Of a DNA stretch of 64,000 nucleotides, positions 26,584 through 36,238 are shown in pieces. The notes under the pieces were generated by a model. That model saw nothing but the letters and a program-made list of their open reading frames with translations. It was not told where the DNA came from and did not search any database. How positions within the stretch are numbered: position 1 is the first letter of the stretch; every line of letters starts with the position of its first letter. This DNA comes from Sumerlaeia bacterium (GTDB taxonomy: Bacteria; Sumerlaeota; Sumerlaeia; SLMS01; JAHLLQ01). Made by a program: the position numbers and the translations under genes. The DNA is taken from contig JAVJSW010000039.1 in NCBI GenBank assembly GCA_040219255.1, positions 96,001 to 160,000 on the forward strand, read 5' to 3'.

Positions 26584-26638
26584 AGGCGGTTGCCGGAGGG
26601 GGTGTTCAGAGGGGGTTGCGAGATGGGGGTTCGGAGGG

Positions 26639-27106
26639 TCACTCCGGGTCGCGGGCGAAGGAGTCGCCGGACTGCTGGGTTTCAATCTTCAACACCATGT
26701 GGCGCAAGGCCCGGGCCGTATCCGCGTCCATGATGTTGAGGAGCAGGCCAATGGAGCACTCGCCGCGCTCGGAGAAGTTCTGGTCGTTGCGTGAGAACTT
26801 GATCCAGACGACTTCGCCGGGAAGCTCAAGGGATGCGAGGGGGGCGCCTTGCTGGGTGGGGAGGCTGATGACGGCGTTGAGGTATTCGCCTTTGCGGATC
26901 GTTTCTTCCCAGAGGATGTAGCGGGTTTCGGGAAAATCGGAGAGGATGACTTTAACGCCGTGCTCGGTGAGGTTCTCGGTTTCGCCATGGAGGGGCTTGG
27001 TGAGCATGGCCCATGCGGGAGACTTGATTTCCAGACCGCAGCCGGAGACGAAGCCGAAGCGCTGCTCGCGTCGCCGGTTGGGGACAGAAGGCGTTTCCGA
27101 TATCAT
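26639..27106 (-). CDS. PilZ domain protein
   Basis: RREQR followed by NLTEHG (D/NxSxxG-like) and GEVVW. Confidence 0.7.
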   Translation of the reverse strand: MISETPSVPNRRREQRFGFVSGCGLEIKSPAWAMLTKPLHGETENLTEHGVKVILSDFPETRYILWEETIRKGEYLNAVISLPTQQGAPLASLELPGEVVWIKFSRNDQNFSERGECSIGLLLNIMDADTARALRHMVLKIETQQSGDSFARDPE

Positions 27107-28260
27107 CCGGGGTCATCCACATTTCCGCCGCCAGCGGCGGCTTTTTCTCGCGGATCGCGGTCCTGGGTGGCGGACGGCATGGTGGCCGGCGATCGGCGCT
27201 GGCCTTCGGTCCCCGGCGCCGGAAGTTCGGCGGGGTGCCCAGGGGCCGCCGCGAACAGATACGTGTCGAAGACGCGATTGTAGGCGGTCCATGTCTCGGC
27301 GCGGCCGCGGGCTTCGGCCGTCGATTCGTCGAAGCTCGTCAGGAAGGCGTCGCTGTAATCGGCGTAATGCAGGATCAGTGCCTCTTTGGTTTTGGGAATG
27401 ACGGGGCTGCCGAATTCCATTTTACCGTGGTGGCTGAGGATGAGGTGGAGGATGTGGCTGCGGTAGAGTTCGGGGAAGCCATCGAGTTTGAGGATGGCCT
27501 GCTCGACCATGGAGGCGCCCATGAAGATGTGCCCGAGGAGGCGGCCGTCGTCGGTGTAGGAGATGGTGCGGCGCCATTCGTACTCGCGCACCTTGCCGAT
27601 GTCGTGAAGAAGGCCCGCGGTGATGAGCAGGTCGCGATCATAGGGCTGATAGCGTTCGGCGAGTTTGAGGGCGTTGGTGACGACGTTGAGGGTGTGTTCG
27701 AGGAGGCCGCCGAGGAAAGCCTGATGGACGCGGGCGGCGGCGGGGGCGGTGCAGAAGAGTTCGCGCAGGCGTTTGTGCTGGAAGAAGCGTTCGAGGAGAC
27801 GGCGGCAGTCGGGCTGGGTGACGCTTTCGATGAGGGCGTCGAGTTCGGCCTCCATTTCGGGGCGGGAGCGGCGGCTGCTGGCGAGGAATTCGCCGACGTC
27901 GACGTCTTCGTCGTTCATGCGCGAGATGAACTTCACGGTCACCTGAAGGCCACCGTTGAACTCGGCGACCTGTCCGTCGACGAAGACGATGTCTTCGGCT
28001 TTCACGCGGCCTTCGCGGAGGGCGTCGTGGCGGTCCCACATGACGGCGGCGACGGAGCCGCTGGCGTCGGCGAGGCGCATGAGGAAGTAGGGGTCGCCGT
28101 TTTTCTTCTGGCGCTGGTCGCAGACCGCCAGCAGGTAAGTGGATTCGATGCGCTGGCCTTCCTTGAGTTCGGCGCAGGGAATACGGGGGGAGCTGGTGGG
28201 GGCGGAGGAAGCGCCATTGGGGGTCGAGGCGTCTTCCGCCGCGGGGGTGGCCTTTTGCAT
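27103..28260 (-). CDS. yhaM: 3'-5' exoribonuclease YhaM family (OB fold plus HD domain)
   Basis: PAAARVHQAFLGGLLEH, LLHDIGK, LLGHI, SHHG..EFGSP and DYSDA motifs. Confidence 0.9.
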   Translation of the reverse strand: MQKATPAAEDASTPNGASSAPTSSPRIPCAELKEGQRIESTYLLAVCDQRQKKNGDPYFLMRLADASGSVAAVMWDRHDALREGRVKAEDIVFVDGQVAEFNGGLQVTVKFISRMNDEDVDVGEFLASSRRSRPEMEAELDALIESVTQPDCRRLLERFFQHKRLRELFCTAPAAARVHQAFLGGLLEHTLNVVTNALKLAERYQPYDRDLLITAGLLHDIGKVREYEWRRTISYTDDGRLLGHIFMGASMVEQAILKLDGFPELYRSHILHLILSHHGKMEFGSPVIPKTKEALILHYADYSDAFLTSFDESTAEARGRAETWTAYNRVFDTYLFAAAPGHPAELPAPGTEGQRRSPATMPSATQDRDPREKAAAGGGNVDDPG

Positions 28261-28458
28261 GAACGGTCATTCCTTGTGAGAGCCGGGGGCCGGGGAGATT
28301 GCTCCGGCACCAGAGCGTCCGGGAATTGAAGCGAAGTGCCCCCCGGCCCGTCAACCGTCAACGGGCGGGAAAGGGGCGGGGGTCTTGTTTTCGCGAAAAT
28401 AAAAGGGACGAGGAAAATATTGGCGCTATTGATTCTTTTCTCATTTCGCAACAGCTAA

Positions 28459-28473
28459 ACGAAAATCTTTCGT
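28459..28473. promoter_or_regulatory. Palindrome ACGAAA-ATC-TTTCGT, candidate Lrp/AsnC operator
   Basis: Lies in the AT-rich divergent intergenic region upstream of an Lrp/AsnC gene. Confidence 0.35.
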
Positions 28474-28660
28474 TGCTTATACAAGCAGAAGTCACTAAGG
28501 TCTCAGAACAAGCGGGAAGAGCGTTGTCGACAAGCTCTCCGGTGCGTGGGAGAAAATCGAGGCGACAAATTGAATCTGGTTTCCCGCGCTCCAAAAGTCG
28601 AATACGAATTCCCGGATTTTTTTCATTTTGAGACGATATTGACGGAGGTCTTCTTGAGCG

Positions 28661-29152
28661 ATGGATCAACTCGATAAGGACATTCTGAACCTTCTGCGGG
28701 ACAACGCCCGCCTCTCGAACGCGGAAATTTCGCGCCGGGTCGGCCGCGCCCCATCGGTCATTTTCGAGCGGTTGCGCCGTCTCGAAGGGAGCGTGATCCG
28801 CCGGTACTACGCGGACATCGACCCCAAAGCGGTGGACCGCTCGACCCTCGGTTTCTTGTTGGTGCGGGCCCGCGCGGGGGAGGACATCGAGGCCCTGGGC
28901 CAGCGTCTCGCCGCCTCGCCGGAAGTCCTGGAAGCGCATTACGTCGCCGGGGAAGACGGGTTCCTCCTCAAGGTGAGCAGCCGCGATTGCGACGATTTGC
29001 TCCGCGTCGTTCAATCGGTCCTTGGGGATCACGAGGGTGTCCGGGAAGTCCGCACCCTGGTGGCCTTGCGGAGCTTCAAGCAGTGCGCGCCGCTGCCCCT
29101 CGACGGGGTGGCGGTGGAGGACTGCGCCGCCGTGGCCGCCGAGTCTTCCTGA
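28661..29152 (+). CDS. Lrp/AsnC family transcriptional regulator
   Basis: MDQLDKDILNLLRDNARLSNAEI HTH; EVLEAHYVAGEDGFLLKV. Confidence 0.93.
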   Translation: MDQLDKDILNLLRDNARLSNAEISRRVGRAPSVIFERLRRLEGSVIRRYYADIDPKAVDRSTLGFLLVRARAGEDIEALGQRLAASPEVLEAHYVAGEDGFLLKVSSRDCDDLLRVVQSVLGDHEGVREVRTLVALRSFKQCAPLPLDGVAVEDCAAVAAESS

Positions 29153-29247
29153 CCTGTCCTTCCCCGTTGCCCTTTCCCTCCTCTCGTGGCAGGCGTGGGT
29201 TTCCCCTGGAATCGCCACCGGACCCCGAGAGGAGATCGCCACCCGCC

Positions 29248-31059
29248 ATGATCCCGACCGCTTTGAGAACTCTGCTGGCCTGCTGGTTGGCGCTCATCGG
29301 CTTCGCCGCGCTTTGTGGGCCCGAAGGCGCTGGGGCCCAACCGCCGGACGGCGGCGAGGGCGAACAGCCGCGCCTGCGCGTCGAGGGTTTGGTTTCCGGA
29401 CCGGAAGGCCCGGCCGCCGGTGTGCGCGTGCTCCTCGAATTGTCCGACATGCGCATCCGGCGCCAGGTGGCGTTTCTGGAAACCGTGTCGGACGATACGG
29501 GGCGCTTCCGTTTCGATTTGAGCGAGCACGACATGCCGGTGTTCGGGTTGCAGTTCAACACGGTCTCGCCGCGATTCCAGGAGAGCCTGGAGATTATCGA
29601 AGCGAGCCGGGCGGAAATGCCCGTGCGGGTCGAGTTGGCGGTGCAGCCGGGCGCGGTGGCCCAGGGCATCGTAACGGACTCGGAAGGCACGCCGCTGGAA
29701 GGCGTGGAGATTACGTCCTGGGCCGGAGTCCGCCCGCAAGTCAGCGATGAGAAGGGCGAGTGGGAGGTTTTCGGGCTGGCGATGGGACGCAACCAGTTGA
29801 CGTTTCGCAAGGAAGGTTTCGCGGACGAGTTTCTGAACGTGGCGCCGGAAGGCCCGGTGACGGTGAGCGGCCTGGAAGTGGTGATGCAGAGCGCGCGCTC
29901 GCTGAGGGGCCGGGTGGTCGATCAGTCGGGTGAGGGCGTTCCCCGGGCCACGGCGCTGCTGCGCTTTCCCGGCCGGTTCCAGCAGACGGCCGGGGACGAA
30001 TCCGGGCTGTTCGTCTTTAAAGCGGTGCCGAAGGACGTGACCGGGGGCGAGTTGCACCTGGAGGCGAAGGGGTTTCTGCCGACGACGCATGAAATTTCGG
30101 AAGCGGACGTCTCCACGGAGGGAGAAGCGGAGAGTGAGGAAGCGAGGACTTACGCGATCGACAATGGTGTGTTCGTGCGGGGTCATGTGAGGCTACCGGA
30201 TGGCAAGCCGGCCCCCGGCTCGATCGTGATCGCCGGGGAGCAGGGCGGTCCGCTGGCGCCGCGGTCGATGGTGCGGCAAGACGGCCAGTGGGAGCTGGGT
30301 CCGTTTCCGCCGGGCGAGGAGGTGGCGTTCACCGCGCTGCCGCCGAATCCCGTGGAGATCCGCACGGCGGCCGACGTTTACCTGGAGGACGCGCCCGGAC
30401 GGGGGCGATATGTGGGGGGTGTGGATTATTGGCCGGCGGGTTTCGCCAGCGATTTCACCGCGACTCTCGCCAACGGCAAGGTGGAGATGCGCCGGCGCGA
30501 CAAGGGCGAACGGGGCTTTGGCGCGGAAGTGGTGTACCGCGCGGACTGGGATGGCGCAGGGAACGAAATCAAGGGCGAGGTGGAGGTCGTGGGCATGCGC
30601 CAGAGCGGCACGTTTTCGATGCGGCGGCGCTATGGCGGAGCCGGCGGGCCGCTGGCGGGGGAATGGGAAATCCGCGAGTTCATCGATCCCTCCAGGCTCA
30701 ACGTGGCGCCGGTGCGCAAGAGCTTGGCCCTGCCGATCATTACGGGGACGACGGCGCTCGATCTGGCGCTCGTGCCGTCGCGGACGTTGAGCGGTCAGGT
30801 GGTTAAGGAAAACGAGCGGCCCTTTCTGGATGGCGAAGTGCTCATCCTGGACTGGAACGGGTCTCGGGTCTTCCAGCCGCGGGCGGAGATCGGAATCGCC
30901 GGGCGGTTTTCCTTCGACCGCGTGCCGGACGGGGTTTTTCGTCTGATCGCCCGCAGCGGCGACGGCCAGGACAGCGTGGGGCCGGTGCTGGCGCGCGGGG
31001 GCGCCGAGGGACTGGTGCTGTCTCCCGAGATGAGCCGCGAGGATCCGATGGATGACTGA
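29248..31059 (+). CDS. Secreted protein with repeated carboxypeptidase-regulatory-like (Cna-B-type) domains
   Basis: Signal peptide; repeats G.VTDSEGTPLEGV, GRVVDQSGEGVPRA and GHVRLPDGKPAPG. Confidence 0.8.
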   Translation: MIPTALRTLLACWLALIGFAALCGPEGAGAQPPDGGEGEQPRLRVEGLVSGPEGPAAGVRVLLELSDMRIRRQVAFLETVSDDTGRFRFDLSEHDMPVFGLQFNTVSPRFQESLEIIEASRAEMPVRVELAVQPGAVAQGIVTDSEGTPLEGVEITSWAGVRPQVSDEKGEWEVFGLAMGRNQLTFRKEGFADEFLNVAPEGPVTVSGLEVVMQSARSLRGRVVDQSGEGVPRATALLRFPGRFQQTAGDESGLFVFKAVPKDVTGGELHLEAKGFLPTTHEISEADVSTEGEAESEEARTYAIDNGVFVRGHVRLPDGKPAPGSIVIAGEQGGPLAPRSMVRQDGQWELGPFPPGEEVAFTALPPNPVEIRTAADVYLEDAPGRGRYVGGVDYWPAGFASDFTATLANGKVEMRRRDKGERGFGAEVVYRADWDGAGNEIKGEVEVVGMRQSGTFSMRRRYGGAGGPLAGEWEIREFIDPSRLNVAPVRKSLALPIITGTTALDLALVPSRTLSGQVVKENERPFLDGEVLILDWNGSRVFQPRAEIGIAGRFSFDRVPDGVFRLIARSGDGQDSVGPVLARGGAEGLVLSPEMSREDPMDD

Positions 31060-31849
31060 TCGGCATCCCCGGCTCTTCGGTGTGCCGTTGGCAGCGGTGA
31101 CGACGGACGAGTTCATCGACCGGATGGCGGCGTGGGCGGGGGAGGAAGTGGTGGGCGCCCCGCGAGTGGTGACTTATTTGAACGCCCACACGGCGAATCT
31201 GGCGGCGGAGGATCCGGAGTTCCGGGCGCTGCTGGAGCGCTCGGCGTTGACCTATGCGGATGGCATGGCGGTGGTGCGGGCGTGCCGCCGATTGGGCACT
31301 CCGCTGCCAGAGCGGGTGAACGCGGGGGATTTTCTGGAACGTTTTCTCTGGCGCATGAAACGCGACGATGTGCCAGTTGGCCTCCTGGGTTGCGGGAGGC
31401 CGGTGGTGGAGGCTTGCGCCAGTCGGCTCGAGGCCGCGGTGCCGGGCCTGCGGTTCGCTTGTGTGGAAAGCGGGCATTTCGCTCTTGGCGGGGAAGAGGA
31501 ACGGGTTCTGCTTCAACGGATTCGAGACGGCCAGCCCGCCGTTTTGCTCACCGGTATGGGCAGCCCGCGGCAGGAGCGATGGGCTTTCGCGAGGGGCGCG
31601 GAGACGGGCGCCCGGGTTGTGTGGTGCGTGGGGGCGCTGTGCGAGTACTTCAGCGGACTGCGGCCGAGAGCTCCGGTGTGGATGCGGCAGGCCGGATTGG
31701 AATGGGCATTTCGGCTTGGTTGCGAGCCGCGGCGCATGGCGCGGCGTTATCTTTGGGGGAACGGGGCCTTTCTTTTGCGGTTGAATCAGGAGAGAAGGCG
31801 GCAAAGCGATTCGAATTCGCGCGAAAGAGATTGCCCACATCAGGGTTGA
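31052..31849 (+). CDS. WecB/TagA/CpsF (GT26) glycosyltransferase
   Basis: ADGM, ERV, GMGSPRQE, RAP.WM..AGLEW.FRL..EPRR motifs. Confidence 0.92.
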   Translation: MTDRHPRLFGVPLAAVTTDEFIDRMAAWAGEEVVGAPRVVTYLNAHTANLAAEDPEFRALLERSALTYADGMAVVRACRRLGTPLPERVNAGDFLERFLWRMKRDDVPVGLLGCGRPVVEACASRLEAAVPGLRFACVESGHFALGGEEERVLLQRIRDGQPAVLLTGMGSPRQERWAFARGAETGARVVWCVGALCEYFSGLRPRAPVWMRQAGLEWAFRLGCEPRRMARRYLWGNGAFLLRLNQERRRQSDSNSRERDCPHQG

Positions 31850-31919
31850 TCCGCGTATAACGGACATCAGCGATGAGCACCTTTTCCGAAATCGATCCGA
31901 CCTTTCCCGAGGGAGCATA

Positions 31920-33338
31920 GTGATGAGCGAAACCGCTGCGACCGACCTTCCGCGCGTCCTCATCGTGGAGCCAGAAGAGGCCTTGCGAGCGGCTCTGGCC
32001 GAACTGCTGAACGACCGTTGCCGCATCGACGCGGTGGCCAACCCCACGGTGGCCCAGCGGGAGTACTCGCCCGACGCCTACCACGCCATTTTCATCGGCC
32101 TCAGCGAGGAGCGCGAGGGCGCCTTCGAACTGGCCCGCTACTGCGCCGCCCTGGCGCAGCCGCCCAGCATCATTGGAATCACCGGCCTGACGGGTGGCGC
32201 CTCTGTCGCTTACGCCTACGAGGCGGGACTTCACGGTGTATTACAGACATCTTTCGACCGCGAGGAAGTCCTCGCGATGCTCGACTCGGCGCTGCTTCGC
32301 CACGACTCCCCCGCGGCGCCCTCGCCCGTCCGCTACCTCTTCGACATCGCCCGCCGCCTTCGCATCACCTCCTCGATGACGGGCCTGCGCCCGGCGCTCC
32401 ATCATGACATCGCCGAGCTGCTCGATGCCAATTTGGCGACGCTGGTTTTGCCGCTGTGGGAGGAGCCGGTGCTGATGGCGCAAAAAGGCGCCACGATATC
32501 GCCGGGCTACACCACGCATCTGGCGATGCACCTGCAGGGCCTGTGGAAGAGTTACGCGGGGCCGGAAACGGCCTGGGACTGGCACCGGGGCTTTGACGAC
32601 ATCGCCGCCGGGTCGGAGCAGACGACGGGTCGGCCGCCGACTCTTGTGAGCGCCCCCATCAATCTGTTCGGGGAAATCAGCGGGTTTCTGACGATTTCAC
32701 CCGCCCCCGGCGTGGCGATCGATCAAGACCGGCTGGATGTGCTGTTCGCCTTGGCGGAGGTGCTGTCGGCCCGGCTCGAGTGCATCGTGTACGCTTCGGA
32801 GGCCGAGTCTGTGGAGTTCCGCTACGATTCGCTGACCGGTGTGCTGAACCACGGCACGATCATGACCCGGCTCAAGGATCAATTGCACCGGGCGCGACGC
32901 ACCGGAATGACGGTGTCGCTGATCGTGGTGGATCTGGACGACCTGACGGGTATCAACGACCGCTGTGGGCATCCGGCGGGCGACGCGGCGCTGAAGCACA
33001 CGGGCCGTCTGATCATGGCGCAGGCGCGCAAGTCCGATCTGGTCGGCCGTCTCGCCGGCGAGGAGTTTCTCATTATCCTGCCAAACACGGCGGAGGAGGG
33101 CGCCGCGCGCTATGCCGAACGCATCCGCCGCTCCGTCACCGCGAACCTGATCCGCAGTGGCGAGCACGAAATCAGCGTCACCGTCAGCATCGGCGTCATC
33201 ACGGTACAGAAAGAGCACGCCGATTCGGACGCCGAGGTGCTGGTGAATCAGGCCCACGCGGCGGCCACAAAGGCTTTCGAAATGGGAGGCAACCAACTGA
33301 TGGCGGCGGAGTTGCCCTCGAGCAGCCAGTCGGAGTGA
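31920..33338 (+). CDS. Diguanylate cyclase with N-terminal pseudo-receiver and GAF-like middle domain
   Basis: DSLTGVLN, DLDD, INDRCGHPAGD, RKSD I-site and AGEEF. Confidence 0.85.
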   Translation: MMSETAATDLPRVLIVEPEEALRAALAELLNDRCRIDAVANPTVAQREYSPDAYHAIFIGLSEEREGAFELARYCAALAQPPSIIGITGLTGGASVAYAYEAGLHGVLQTSFDREEVLAMLDSALLRHDSPAAPSPVRYLFDIARRLRITSSMTGLRPALHHDIAELLDANLATLVLPLWEEPVLMAQKGATISPGYTTHLAMHLQGLWKSYAGPETAWDWHRGFDDIAAGSEQTTGRPPTLVSAPINLFGEISGFLTISPAPGVAIDQDRLDVLFALAEVLSARLECIVYASEAESVEFRYDSLTGVLNHGTIMTRLKDQLHRARRTGMTVSLIVVDLDDLTGINDRCGHPAGDAALKHTGRLIMAQARKSDLVGRLAGEEFLIILPNTAEEGAARYAERIRRSVTANLIRSGEHEISVTVSIGVITVQKEHADSDAEVLVNQAHAAATKAFEMGGNQLMAAELPSSSQSE

Positions 33339-33388
33339 AGATTGCTATCTTTGCCCGGACTACCCTCTGAGGCGCGGCTCTATTCCCG

Positions 33389-34003
33389 ATGACCGGCACC
33401 GTCACCCTTCCCGATTCTCTGCGATACCCTCCCCCGCCGAAGACGCCCCGCCTGCTGACGGAGCGGCTGATCATCCGCCCGCCCGGTGCGGAGGATGCGC
33501 GATCGGTGCTGCATTACTATACAGAGAATCGTGCGCACCTGGAACCTTTCGAGCCCTTGCGGCCACGCGGGTTCTACACGCTGTTGTTCTGGGATTCGCA
33601 GCTTGAGCGCTTCGCCAACGATTTCCGGCAGGACCGTGCGGCGCGCCTGTTTTTCTTCGACCGGCGAGACGATTCGCGGATCGTTGGCTATGTGGGCTTT
33701 AACGGCATCACGCGCGGCGCGGCGCATTTCGCCTACCTGGGCTATAGCGTCGCCGCCGAGTGCCAGGGCCTGGGGCTGATGACCGAAGGCGTCGCCGAAT
33801 CGGTGCGATACGGGTTCGCGGGCTTGAAACTGCATCGGCTGATGGCGAACTACATGCCGCGCAACGAGCGCAGCGGGCGGCTGCTGAAGCGCCTGGGCTT
33901 CGTGCCTGAGGGTTTCGCGCGCGATTACCTTCGGATCAACGGCGTGTGGGAGGACCACGTCCTGACGAGCCTGACGAATCCGAATTGGGAAGAGTCTCAG
34001 TAA
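33389..34003 (+). CDS. rimJ: RimJ-like GNAT N-acetyltransferase
   Basis: LGYS, QGLGLMTE, LHRLMANYMPRNERS and YLRINGVWEDH motifs. Confidence 0.85.
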   Translation: MTGTVTLPDSLRYPPPPKTPRLLTERLIIRPPGAEDARSVLHYYTENRAHLEPFEPLRPRGFYTLLFWDSQLERFANDFRQDRAARLFFFDRRDDSRIVGYVGFNGITRGAAHFAYLGYSVAAECQGLGLMTEGVAESVRYGFAGLKLHRLMANYMPRNERSGRLLKRLGFVPEGFARDYLRINGVWEDHVLTSLTNPNWEESQ

Positions 34004-34794
34004 ATCGGGACGGAATTCAGGTTGCCCTGGCGCTGCTGGAAGGCGGAGCGGGCCCTGCGGGAGAGTTCGATGTCCTCCTTGATTTTCTCTGCCAGGGAAT
34101 GGCCCGGAGAAACGCCGTAGGTTTCGTTGCGGGTGGCGAAACGGGGGTCCTGCTCGGTGATGACTTCGATGATGAGGGTTACGGTGCCGTCGGCCTCTGG
34201 GCGGTATTCGAGAACGACGAAGCGGGTGCCATCGAACGCGGCGTAGATGCGGTGGTTGGGGTCAATGTCGCTCTCGGCGAAGCTCTGCATCGAGGAGGTG
34301 CGGGGCAGCAGGCGGCTGTTCATGCGTTCGATGAGGGCGGCGCCGGGGATCGAGTAGCCGGGGGAGGTGACATAGAGATGGGTGATATTGCCGACGACGT
34401 CTTCGCTCTTGATGAGGGTCAGGAGGGGTTGGCCGCGCTCCTCTGGGACGTCATCGAGGGTCAGCCATTGGGGGCGGGCGGAGTAGGCTTCGTCTTCGTC
34501 GAAGAAGGCGACGAGGGCGTTGCTGTGGGGCATTTCCTCGGGCCGCCGTGCGTACCGGGTGCCTACGTTCGCCATCACCTGGGTGAGATGGCGGAACATG
34601 GCGTTGATGCGGGGGTTGTCTTCCATCTGGAGAGCCATGTCGCGGCCGCGCATTTCCTTGTGGGGGACGGTTGCCCAGGCCAGGCCCACCGCCATCGTGG
34701 TCGCCAGGGCGAGAACCGCGACCCCGGCGACGAGGCGCAGGGTCCATCGCAGGATGGCGCGGGTGGCTTGCTTGGCCACGGAAGGAAGGGGCAT
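33997..34794 (-). CDS. Hypothetical exported protein
   Basis: N-terminal signal or anchor; starts 3 bp after the upstream gene's stop. Confidence 0.7.
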   Translation of the reverse strand: MPLPSVAKQATRAILRWTLRLVAGVAVLALATTMAVGLAWATVPHKEMRGRDMALQMEDNPRINAMFRHLTQVMANVGTRYARRPEEMPHSNALVAFFDEDEAYSARPQWLTLDDVPEERGQPLLTLIKSEDVVGNITHLYVTSPGYSIPGAALIERMNSRLLPRTSSMQSFAESDIDPNHRIYAAFDGTRFVVLEYRPEADGTVTLIIEVITEQDPRFATRNETYGVSPGHSLAEKIKEDIELSRRARSAFQQRQGNLNSVPIY

Positions 34795-34797
34795 GGG

Positions 34798-36066
34798 CTA
34801 GCGGAGCGCCACGGGGGGCTGGGGCCGGTCGAGTTCGCTGCGGGCTGGGATTTTGGCTGGCGGGATACCGCCCAGATTGGTGATTTGGCGGTGGGTCTTG
34901 GCGTTCTGGATTTGTGTCAGAACGGTTTCCCGGGCGAGGCCCCGGGCGCTTTCGCGCAGTTGTGGCATGGCGCTTTCAAACGTCTCGCCACTGCCCGGCA
35001 GGATATCGAGGACCTTGACGACGTGATAGGATTCGGTGAAGAGGCTGCCGTCTGAGAGGCGGACTTTGGCTTCCAGAACGTTGGAGACGGTGCCTTTGCG
35101 CATGCGGCCGATTTCATAGCGGACAATGGGCGGCAAGCCTTCCTGCTCGACGTTGAAGAATCCGAGGACGGTTCCGATCATGCCGTTGTCGACTTCGGAG
35201 TGCTGCTTGAAGACGTCCTCGGGGAGGCGGCCCTTTTCCAGGTCCTTGCGGACCAGATCGGCCACGCCGCGGGCGCGGCGGCGGTCGCGAGCGGATTCGT
35301 CGCCGAGCAAACCGACGGAGAAGTGGGCGACTTTGAAGAGGGGCGGTTGCTGATAAAGTCCTGGGGATTTTTCGTAGGCGGCGCGCAGGGCGCTCTGAGG
35401 CACGTACTGGTCCACGTAGCGATCGAGCATGCCTTCGATCAGCAAGGCTTCGTAGACATAGGTTTCGAGTTCCGCTTCCGTCATGCCGAATTCGTTGAGG
35501 ATGGCGTGGACGTCGCCTGCTTGAAAGCCGAGTTCGCGCTGGATTTTGGCGAGGCGCTTGTCGATGGCTCCGGCGGCCACGACGATTCCCTGGCGGGCGG
35601 CTTCGTCGGCCAGGGTCTTGTGCTCAATCCATTCGAGGAGTGCGAGGCCCTCCTCCTTGCGGATCGAGTCACGCATGCGGTCGAGGCGGTTCTGCTCGAC
35701 GAGCGCCTTGTCGAGCGTCAGGCCGTCGGGGGCGATCGCGGCGAGAACGCCGTCGGTATGGGCTTCTTCCTCGGCCAGTTGGGCTTTGATCTTGCCGATG
35801 CGGGCTTCGAGGAGCCGGTCAAGTTGGGCGCGGGTGAGGGAGTGGCCGTTCACGATGGCGACGAGAACGGTATGCGGGTCCGGGGTGGGGGTGGGTTCGG
35901 GGGTGGGACGCGCCGAGTCGATCTCGGCAGAGGAGGCGGTTCGCCCCCCTCGTGTCACTTTGACCGCCGATTCTTCGCGGATCAGAGCGGGTGGAGGAGC
36001 GTCCTGGGCCATCCCGGCCAGGGGCAGGAAGAGCAGTAAGCAGAGGAAAATCAGGAAACCGCGCAC
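34798..36066 (-). CDS. SurA/PrsA-like parvulin chaperone; start approximate
   Basis: Signal peptide, VAIVNGHSLT, LADEAARQGI and a degenerate parvulin domain ending YHVVKV. Confidence 0.75.
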   Translation of the reverse strand: MRGFLIFLCLLLFLPLAGMAQDAPPPALIREESAVKVTRGGRTASSAEIDSARPTPEPTPTPDPHTVLVAIVNGHSLTRAQLDRLLEARIGKIKAQLAEEEAHTDGVLAAIAPDGLTLDKALVEQNRLDRMRDSIRKEEGLALLEWIEHKTLADEAARQGIVVAAGAIDKRLAKIQRELGFQAGDVHAILNEFGMTEAELETYVYEALLIEGMLDRYVDQYVPQSALRAAYEKSPGLYQQPPLFKVAHFSVGLLGDESARDRRRARGVADLVRKDLEKGRLPEDVFKQHSEVDNGMIGTVLGFFNVEQEGLPPIVRYEIGRMRKGTVSNVLEAKVRLSDGSLFTESYHVVKVLDILPGSGETFESAMPQLRESARGLARETVLTQIQNAKTHRQITNLGGIPPAKIPARSELDRPQPPVALR

Positions 36067-36238
36067 AGGAAACAAGACCCTTTTGGAAAAACGAGCAGTG
36101 GGCGGCGGGCTCGAGGCCTTCGGCCGTCGCCAGATCGGACCGCAGGTTCCCTGCCCAGTGCCCATCTGTCAATTCCAGCCCCGCAAAGACTGAAAAACGC
36201 GGCGTGGCGCGACTGCTGTGGGAAAGCCGGACAAGGCG

